A stretch of 64,000 nucleotides of DNA from an uncultured SAR86 cluster bacterium (GTDB lineage: Bacteria > Pseudomonadota > Gammaproteobacteria > Magnimaribacterales > AG-339-G14). The notes under the pieces are model-generated. The model was not told where the DNA came from. It did no database searches and was given only the letters and a program-made list of their open reading frames with translations. A program made the position numbers and the translations under genes. The DNA is taken from NCBI GenBank assembly GCA_902589965.1, contig CACIUX010000001.1:35526-99525 (forward strand), in the 5' to 3' direction. Position 1 is the stretch's first letter; the number at the start of each line of letters is the position of its first letter. Below are positions 57,477 to 64,000 of the stretch, in pieces.

Positions 57477-58943
57477 ATGTGCGGTGTAGTAGGGATTGTC
57501 TCAAAAAATGAGGTTGCTTCAGATCTTTATGAGGCTCTCACAGTAATTCAGCATCGAGGGCAAGATGCAGCTGGTATAGCTACTTCAGAGGAAAAAAGAT
57601 TAAATTCAAGAAAACAACTTGGCCTAGTTAGAGAGGTTTTTAGAGAGCATCATATTCAGTCACTCACTGGGAAAATTGGTATTGCACATGTTAGGTACCC
57701 CACTGCCGGTGGGGCTTCAAGGGAGTTAGCTCAACCTATGTATGTAAATTCACCATACGGTATAAGTATTGTTCATAATGGTAATTTAGTGAATACAGAT
57801 TCTCTATGTGAAGAACTTGCTGAGACAGATAGAAGGCACTTAAACACAAATTCAGATTCAGAAGTAATCCTTAATATTTTTGCTCATGAGCTGCAACAGA
57901 TTGGAGGTGTTCAACCTTCTAAAGAAGAAATTTTCGAGGCTGTTACAAGGATGCAATCAAGATTATCTGGAGCATACTCAATAATAATTATGATCAACAA
58001 TGTTGGATTAGTAGCAGTTAGAGACCCCCACGGAATAAGACCTTTAATCATAGGTAAGAGGGATGAGGATCTTATGGGGGCAGAATATATGATTGCCTCC
58101 GAAAGCGCAGCAATTGACGCACTTGATTTTAAAATCATTGATGACATTGCGGCTGGTGAAACAATTTTTATTTCAAAAGAAGGAAAAATGAGCAGATCCA
58201 AAAGTCAAAAGGCAGCAAAGCATAGCCCGTGTATTTTTGAATACGTTTATTTAGCTAGACCTGATTCAGTTATTGATAAAGTATCTGTTCATAAAGCTAG
58301 ACAAAGAATGGGCACTTACCTTGGCGAAAAAATACTTGGTCTGTATCCTGAACACGAAATAGATGTGGTTATACCTATTCCTGAAAGCAGCACAACATCA
58401 GCAAACGAAGTAGCAAAGAAACTTGGTTTACCTTACAGAGAGGGTTTTGTGAAGAATAGATATATCGGAAGGACGTTTATCATGCCCAAACAAGAGATGC
58501 GAAGAAAATCTGTTAAGAGAAAACTTAATCCAATTACTATGGAATTTGAAGGCAAAAATGTTCTTCTTGTAGATGATTCAATTGTTAGAGGAACTACAAG
58601 TAAGCAAATAGTGGAAATGGCTAGAGAAGCTGGAGCAAAAAAAGTTTTTTTTGCATCCGCAGCACCTCCAATTAGATTTCAAAATGTTTATGGAATTGAT
58701 ATGGCTGCAACTACCGAGTTGATTGCTCATCAAAAAGATGAAGATCAAATTGCAGAATATATAGGAGCCGATTGGCTGGTTTATCAAAATTTAGAAGATC
58801 TTATTAGAAGCGCTAAAGAAGGAAATAAAGAGATAGAAAATTTTGAAACCTCTATCTTTGATGGTGAATATTTAGATGATCAAGTTTCTTCTGATTACTT
58901 GAAAAATCTTGAGGTCTTGAGATCTGATTCAAATAAAATCTAG
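57477..58943 (+). CDS. purF: amidophosphoribosyltransferase
   Basis: N-terminal MCGVVGI (Ntn Cys), [13 protein letters not shown] motif [13 protein letters not shown]. Confidence 0.95.
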   Translation: MCGVVGIVSKNEVASDLYEALTVIQHRGQDAAGIATSEEKRLNSRKQLGLVREVFREHHIQSLTGKIGIAHVRYPTAGGASRELAQPMYVNSPYGISIVHNGNLVNTDSLCEELAETDRRHLNTNSDSEVILNIFAHELQQIGGVQPSKEEIFEAVTRMQSRLSGAYSIIIMINNVGLVAVRDPHGIRPLIIGKRDEDLMGAEYMIASESAAIDALDFKIIDDIAAGETIFISKEGKMSRSKSQKAAKHSPCIFEYVYLARPDSVIDKVSVHKARQRMGTYLGEKILGLYPEHEIDVVIPIPESSTTSANEVAKKLGLPYREGFVKNRYIGRTFIMPKQEMRRKSVKRKLNPITMEFEGKNVLLVDDSIVRGTTSKQIVEMAREAGAKKVFFASAAPPIRFQNVYGIDMAATTELIAHQKDEDQIAEYIGADWLVYQNLEDLIRSAKEGNKEIENFETSIFDGEYLDDQVSSDYLKNLEVLRSDSNKI

Positions 58944-61519
58944 TTAGATTCAATAGTCACAGCTGGAAGTTTTGCATTATCAGCTGCATCTTTATAGCTC
59001 TTGATTTCGTTAAAGTTCATGTATCGAAAAATGTCAGCTGACATAGTATTTATTTCAGACATAAAACTCTGATATTCATCATTAGTGGGAAGTTTTCCAA
59101 GAATAGATGAAATCGCTGCAAGTTCCGCCGAAGCGAGATATACATCAGCGCCATCACCCAGTCTGTTTGGAAAGTTCCTTGTTGAGGTTGATACAACGGT
59201 TGCATTAGGTTCAACTCTTGCTTGATTACCCATACATAAAGAACATCCAGGAACTTCAGTTCTTACCCCAGCTTTTTTGAAAATATCATAGAAGCCTTCC
59301 TGTTCAAGTTGAAACTTATCCATTCTGGTGGGAGGAGAAATCCATAATCTTGTTGGAAGCGAAGAGGTATCCTTTAAAAGTTTTCCAGCAGCTCTGAAAT
59401 GGCCAATATTTGTCATACAAGAACCGATGAATACCTCATCAATTTTATCTTCTCCAATTTCAGAAAGTGTTTTTATATCGTCTGGATCATTTGGACAAGC
59501 TAAAAGAGGTTCTTTTATTTCATTTAGATCAATTTCAATTGTGGCTGCATACTTGGCATTATTATCCGGTTTAAGTAAGACAGGATTTTGAATCCATTGT
59601 TCCATTTTTTGAGCTCTTCTTTCCAAGGTCCTTGCATCTCCATATCCCTCAGAGATCAGCCACCTCAAAAGAACTATATTTGATTTTAGATATTCTAAAA
59701 TTGGTTCTTCATCTAAAAGAACAGTACATCCAGATGCAGATCTTTCTGCAGAAGCATCGGACAACTCAAAAGCTTGTTCAATTTTTAAATTTGGTAATCC
59801 TTCAATTTCAAGACATCTACCAGAGAAAATATTTTTCTTTCCTTCTTTCTCAACAGTGAGAAGACCTTTTTGAATAGCTGCATAAGGAATAGCGTTTACA
59901 AGGTCTCTAAGAGTTATTCCAGGTTGCATTTCTCCAGAAAACCTTACCAAGACAGATTCAGGCATATCTAAAGGAATCACGCCTAAAGCTGCTCCAAATG
60001 CTACAAGTCCAGATCCAGCTGGAAAACTAATTCCTATTGGGAATCTAGTATGGGAATCTCCCCCAGTTCCAACAGTATCTGGAAGTAACATTCTATTTAA
60101 CCAAGAATGAATGATCCCGTCTCCGGGTTGCAAAGCAACTCCACCACGCGTTTTAATAAATTCTGGCAAAGTGTGCTGTGTTTCTATATCAACAGGCTTA
60201 GGATATGCAGCGGTATGACAAAAAGACTGCATAACTAAATCAGATGTGAAACCCAAACAAGCTAGTTCCTTAAGTTCATCTCTAGTCATTGGTCCAGTGG
60301 TATCTTGAGAACCAACTGTAGTCATAATTGGTTCACAATAGGTGCCAGGTCTGATGCCTTCAACACCACAAGCTTTACCAACAATTTTTTGCGCAAGAGT
60401 ATAGCCGTCGTTTGATTCATCTGCTTTCCCCGGTCTCACAAATACATCTGTTGCTGGCAAGTTCAAAAAGTCCCTGGCTTTATCAGTCAAGCTTCTACCA
60501 ATTATCAGCGGTATTCTTCCGCCAGCTCTAACTTCATCTAGAAAAGTTTCTGACTTAAGTTCAAAAGACGAAATGTTTTCAGAGCTCTCATTTTCAATTT
60601 TTCCTTCGTGAGGAAATATTGTTATCACATCACCAGATTCCATTTTTTCAACATCTGCTTCGAAAACAAGAGTACCGGCATCTTCCATTGTATTAAAGAA
60701 AATAGGAGCTATTTTGGTTCCTATGCATATGCCTCCTGTTCTTTTATTTGGGATGAAAGGAATATCATCTCCCATATGCCACAAGACTGAATTTGTAGCC
60801 GATTTTCTAGAAGATCCAGTACCAACGACATCACCTACCAGACATACAGGATGACCTTTTTCTTTTAATTTTTTTATTTCTCCAAGAGGATCATTAGATA
60901 AACCTTGTCTTGGCATTTTGTACATCGCCAAAGCATGCAATGGAATATCTGGTCTTGACCAAGCATCCGGTGCAGGAGAAAGATCGTCAGTGTTTGTTTC
61001 GCCAGGAACTTTAAAAACAGTCGTAGTTATTGATTGCGGTACTTCGGGTTTGGATGTAAACCATTCTGCTTCTGCCCAAGATTTTAAAACTTTTGCTGCA
61101 TTCGAAGAATCTTTTGATTTTTCTGCTACGTCATTGAATGCATCGAAAACCAATAAAGTCTGTGAAAGTGCTTTAACAGCCTCATTTCCACATTCGTCAT
61201 CATCTAGAAGATTAATAAGAGGTTCAACATTGTAACCACCGAGCATAGTTCCTAAGTAAAAAGTAGCTTTTGTGGGATCAATCAAATCACATGTGATCTT
61301 TTTTGTGGCGATATCATTAAGAAATGCTGCTTTTACATAGGCAGCATCGTCTACTCCAGCAGGAACTCTATTGATTAATAGATCTAGTAATAATTCTCCG
61401 TCATCAGAGTTCCCTTTTATTAGCTCAACAAGATCAGCAGTTTGTTCAGCATCGAGTGGTTCTGGCGGAATTCCAAGTTCGGCTCTTTCTTTTTCAATTT
61501 TTTTATATGCTTCTAACAT
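58940..61519 (-). CDS. acnB: bifunctional aconitate hydratase 2 / 2-methylisocitrate dehydratase
   Basis: 859 aa. AcnB-type N-terminus [35 protein letters not shown]. Fe-S ligand regions GSCMTN and CSLCMGNQ. Confidence 0.95.
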   Translation of the reverse strand: MLEAYKKIEKERAELGIPPEPLDAEQTADLVELIKGNSDDGELLLDLLINRVPAGVDDAAYVKAAFLNDIATKKITCDLIDPTKATFYLGTMLGGYNVEPLINLLDDDECGNEAVKALSQTLLVFDAFNDVAEKSKDSSNAAKVLKSWAEAEWFTSKPEVPQSITTTVFKVPGETNTDDLSPAPDAWSRPDIPLHALAMYKMPRQGLSNDPLGEIKKLKEKGHPVCLVGDVVGTGSSRKSATNSVLWHMGDDIPFIPNKRTGGICIGTKIAPIFFNTMEDAGTLVFEADVEKMESGDVITIFPHEGKIENESSENISSFELKSETFLDEVRAGGRIPLIIGRSLTDKARDFLNLPATDVFVRPGKADESNDGYTLAQKIVGKACGVEGIRPGTYCEPIMTTVGSQDTTGPMTRDELKELACLGFTSDLVMQSFCHTAAYPKPVDIETQHTLPEFIKTRGGVALQPGDGIIHSWLNRMLLPDTVGTGGDSHTRFPIGISFPAGSGLVAFGAALGVIPLDMPESVLVRFSGEMQPGITLRDLVNAIPYAAIQKGLLTVEKEGKKNIFSGRCLEIEGLPNLKIEQAFELSDASAERSASGCTVLLDEEPILEYLKSNIVLLRWLISEGYGDARTLERRAQKMEQWIQNPVLLKPDNNAKYAATIEIDLNEIKEPLLACPNDPDDIKTLSEIGEDKIDEVFIGSCMTNIGHFRAAGKLLKDTSSLPTRLWISPPTRMDKFQLEQEGFYDIFKKAGVRTEVPGCSLCMGNQARVEPNATVVSTSTRNFPNRLGDGADVYLASAELAAISSILGKLPTNDEYQSFMSEINTMSADIFRYMNFNEIKSYKDAADNAKLPAVTIESN

Positions 61520-61551
61520 AAACCCCTAAAAAAGTTGCTAGTATACCCTTT

Positions 61552-62007
61552 ATGCAGAAGAAGACTAGAACTCCATGCGTTGGAATATGTTCTACGACAT
61601 ATGGAGACGAAGTTTGTAGGGGGTGCAAAAGGTTTTACTTCGAGGTAATCAACTGGAATAAATATGACGAAGATGAAAAAGATGCAATTTGGATGAGATT
61701 GGAATCTTTAAAAACTCAAATTATTTATTCAAAAATAAAAAAAATAGATTCAAAAAAACTATCTACAAAAATCATCGAATTAGATTTAAAAATAAAAACA
61801 GATCTTAATGAGTACTGCCAAATTTTCGATTTAATTAAACTTGTAAGTGAAAGTTTTGAAGATCTGAGTGATTTTGGAATAACTTTTCATGATGAAAGCA
61901 TGAACCTAGAAATACTTAAGAGAGATTTAGAAGAAGAACTTTTAGCTTTATCTGATGCTCATTATTCAAAGTACTTTAAAGATCCTCTCGAGCAGAAAAA
62001 AGCTTAA
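61552..62007 (+). CDS. DUF1289-like Cys-rich domain protein with long C-terminal extension
   Basis: TPCVGICSTTYGDEVCRGCKRFYFEVINW matches the DUF1289 (YdhL-like) four-Cys pattern. The remaining roughly 110 aa are Lys/Glu/Asp-rich and unassigned. Confidence 0.55.
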   Translation: MQKKTRTPCVGICSTTYGDEVCRGCKRFYFEVINWNKYDEDEKDAIWMRLESLKTQIIYSKIKKIDSKKLSTKIIELDLKIKTDLNEYCQIFDLIKLVSESFEDLSDFGITFHDESMNLEILKRDLEEELLALSDAHYSKYFKDPLEQKKA

Positions 62008-62708
62008 AAAGTTTCTAAAGAAATCTCTCCATCAATTACCGTTGCATAGTTAACCTCATTTTCCCAATCACTTAAGACCACTCTTACAAGGTTTTCATCT
62101 TTATGAATGAAGGGTCTATGAGTATGTCCATGAATCATTTTGTCTATGCTAAATTCACTGCTTATTTTTAAGACAGATTCACGATTAACATCCATAATTT
62201 CATTTTTTTTATTACCAGTTTCTTCGTTGCTCATTTCTCTTAAACCAGATGCAATATCAAATCTTTCTTGTAAAGATTTAGATAAAAAGTCATCTCGCCA
62301 ACTCTTATCCCTAACAAGTTTTCTAAATTCCTGATATCTAACGTCATCTGTGCAAAGGGTATCTCCATGAAGAAGGAGTATCTTAGAAGCTCCATCTTCA
62401 TAAATATAATAATCAGATAGAAGTTTCGCTTTTATAGATGAGCAAAAATTTTCTCCAATTAAAAAGTCTCTATTACCGCGCATTAGAAAAACTTTTATTC
62501 CATCAGTCGATACTTTTTTTAAAATTTCAATGACATTTTTATTAAACTCGGATTCATTATCATCACCAATCCAAGTTTCGAACAAATCACCCAAGATAAA
62601 TAAATTATTAAATCCATTAACTTTTGAGGATAAAAACTTCTCAAACTTGTTATACAAAGCAAGGTCTGACTCATGTAAATGTAAATCAGATATTAGAACC
62701 GCACTCAT
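62004..62708 (-). CDS. lpxH: UDP-2,3-diacylglucosamine diphosphatase
   Basis: Metallophosphoesterase motifs ISDLHL, GDLFETWIGDD, GNRDFL, HGD, GHTHRP. Lies next to ppiB as in E. coli. Confidence 0.9.
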   Translation of the reverse strand: MSAVLISDLHLHESDLALYNKFEKFLSSKVNGFNNLFILGDLFETWIGDDNESEFNKNVIEILKKVSTDGIKVFLMRGNRDFLIGENFCSSIKAKLLSDYYIYEDGASKILLLHGDTLCTDDVRYQEFRKLVRDKSWRDDFLSKSLQERFDIASGLREMSNEETGNKKNEIMDVNRESVLKISSEFSIDKMIHGHTHRPFIHKDENLVRVVLSDWENEVNYATVIDGEISLETF

Positions 62709-62715
62709 GAATGAG

Positions 62716-63222
62716 TTATTGTTTTAGAGACGCACTCAGAATTTTTATATCTTCTCTTGGCACGTCCTGATAAGGCCCAAAGCTTCCTGTTTGCACTGTT
62801 GCCATTTCATCGACAACTTCTTGACCCTTTACGACTTTTCCAAAGACAGCGTATCCCCATCCCATTGGAGTTTCAGAGGAAAAATCTAGACTAATGTTAT
62901 CTTGAAGATTAATGAAAAACTGTGAAGTTGCTGAGTGAGGATCATTGGTTCGGGCCATTGATAACGTATACCTATCATTTTTTAAACCATTATTGGCTTC
63001 ATTTTGTATTGGTTCCTGAGTTTCTTTTTGTTCCATTCCAGAAATATGACCGCCTCCTTGGACAACAAAACCTGGAATTATTCTATGAAAAATTGTTTCC
63101 TCAAAAAAACCGCTTTCAACGTAAGACACAAAGTTCTTAACCGTTATCGGCGCATCATCTTCGTAAAGTTCAATTTCCAAAGTGCCCATTGTCGTGACTA
63201 GAACTACAATAATATTATTCAT
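62716..63222 (-). CDS. ppiB: peptidyl-prolyl cis-trans isomerase B (cyclophilin type)
   Basis: FHRIIPGFVVQGGG, SMARTNDPHSATSQFFIN, YAVFGKV. ATG 63222 has an AAAGAGGA Shine-Dalgarno sequence at good spacing. Confidence 0.9.
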   Translation of the reverse strand: MNNIIVVLVTTMGTLEIELYEDDAPITVKNFVSYVESGFFEETIFHRIIPGFVVQGGGHISGMEQKETQEPIQNEANNGLKNDRYTLSMARTNDPHSATSQFFINLQDNISLDFSSETPMGWGYAVFGKVVKGQEVVDEMATVQTGSFGPYQDVPREDIKILSASLKQ

Positions 63223-63270
63223 AATTTCCTCTTTAGATATCATTCTAATCTATAATTGATCTTCTCTGAA

Positions 63271-64000
63271 ATGAAGATATTTGATTCAAAAAGCTCTAAA
63301 AAGATAAGTTTTAATCCATTAAAAGAAGGAAAAGTATCACTTTATGTCTGTGGAATGACAGTTTATGACTCTTGCCACATCGGACATCTTAGAACTTTTT
63401 TATCCTTTGATTTTATAGTTAAGTCCTTTAAGGCTCTGAACTATGATGTCCATTATGTAAGAAATATTACTGATGTAGATGACAAAATAATTGCTAAAGC
63501 AAAATCTGAAAATACCTCTCCTTCAGCTATTTCAGAAAAGTATATTCAGGAAATGCATGATGATTTCTCCTCTATGTCTATGCTGTCACCAGACGTTGAG
63601 CCAAAAGTTACTGAACACATGGATTCCATAATTTCCTTCATAGATGATTTAATCTCTAAAAATTTTGCTTATACAACCAAACACGGAGATGTTTTTTTTG
63701 ACGTAGAGTCTTTTGAAAATTATGGAGAGTTATCGAATAGAAATCTTGAAGATATGGTTTCTGGATCAAGAATTGATATAGATGATACTAAAAAAAATCC
63801 AGCTGACTTTGCGCTTTGGAAAATCTCCTCTGATGAAGCTTCTTGGAACTCACCTTGGGGGAAAGGAAGACCTGGCTGGCATATTGAGTGTTCGGCTATG
63901 AGTAGAGATTATTTGGGAAAAAATTTTGATATTCATGGAGGAGGTTTAGACCTTAAATTTCCTCATCATGAAAACGAAAATGCTCAATCTAAATGCAACC
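63271..64000 (+). CDS. cysS: cysteine--tRNA ligase, 3' end cut by window edge
   Basis: Not in the ORF track because there is no stop in the window. My own translation from ATG 63271 gives MKIFDSKSSKKISFNPLKEGKVSLYVCGMTVYDSCHIGHLRTF...GRPGWHIECSAM...GGGLDLKFPHHENE, with the HIGH motif and CysS zinc-site motifs. Confidence 0.9.
   Translation, partial: MKIFDSKSSKKISFNPLKEGKVSLYVCGMTVYDSCHIGHLRTFLSFDFIVKSFKALNYDVHYVRNITDVDDKIIAKAKSENTSPSAISEKYIQEMHDDFSSMSMLSPDVEPKVTEHMDSIISFIDDLISKNFAYTTKHGDVFFDVESFENYGELSNRNLEDMVSGSRIDIDDTKKNPADFALWKISSDEASWNSPWGKGRPGWHIECSAMSRDYLGKNFDIHGGGLDLKFPHHENENAQSKCN

Noticed and set aside
1-64000. Search for mobile elements, prophage remnants, CRISPR arrays, tRNA/rRNA genes, REP-like interspersed repeats and compositional islands
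   Set aside because: None was seen. There are no integrase, transposase or Cas-like ORFs, no direct-repeat/spacer pattern, and no tRNA-like cloverleaf candidates in the short spacers. Composition looks uniform by eye. The catabolic left part seems native rather than recently acquired, but this was not tested quantitatively.

Overview
This is a low-GC (about one third G+C by eye, not computed), extremely gene-dense chromosomal segment. My gene calls leave only about 1.1 kb (roughly 2%) intergenic. I saw no rRNA, tRNA, CRISPR array, IS element, integrase or phage gene. Several gene-order blocks match Gammaproteobacteria as I recall Pseudomonas and E. coli: leuCDB-asd-truA-trpF-trpBA-accD-folC-cvpA-purF, acnB..lpxH-ppiB/cysS, cysB-thrH, and topA/lexA. 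A streamlined marine lineage such as SAR86 is only a guess.

Layout:
- 1-21.5 kb holds only enzymes, with no regulator or transporter. They include Old Yellow Enzyme, 2 crotonases, 2 family-III CoA-transferases, GST, an FAD monooxygenase, 2 SDRs, a copper amine oxidase, an amidase, a lone carboxyltransferase, a cupin and an APH-type kinase.
- 21.5-30 kb holds housekeeping genes (tadA, xthA, prc, an acyltransferase, mazG, an acyl-CoA dehydrogenase pair, yhhQ, nadK).
- 30.1-35.9 kb holds a Yjb/Gfc-like envelope export module.
- 36-64 kb is core metabolism (pyrD, topA, lexA, cysB, thrH, prpBCD, aroC, leu, asd, truA, trp, accD, folC, cvpA, purF, acnB, lpxH, ppiB, cysS).

I found no obvious defence or mobile system. 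The most unusual items are:
1. The orphan Yjb/Gfc-type module, built around a giant multi-SLBB export protein and a Thr/Glu-rich repeat protein.
2. An Asd-family gene carrying a FimV C-terminal motif as an in-frame tail, at the position where fimV normally lies.
3. A CoA-transferase/CIA30/unknown/kinase/SRPBCC operon of unknown function.
4. An acyl-CoA dehydrogenase pair in which one member appears to lack a catalytic base.
5. An apparently leaderless lexA with its SOS box over the -10 element.
6. Convergent gene ends with almost no room for terminators.

All family assignments come from motif recognition by eye. No searches were run.
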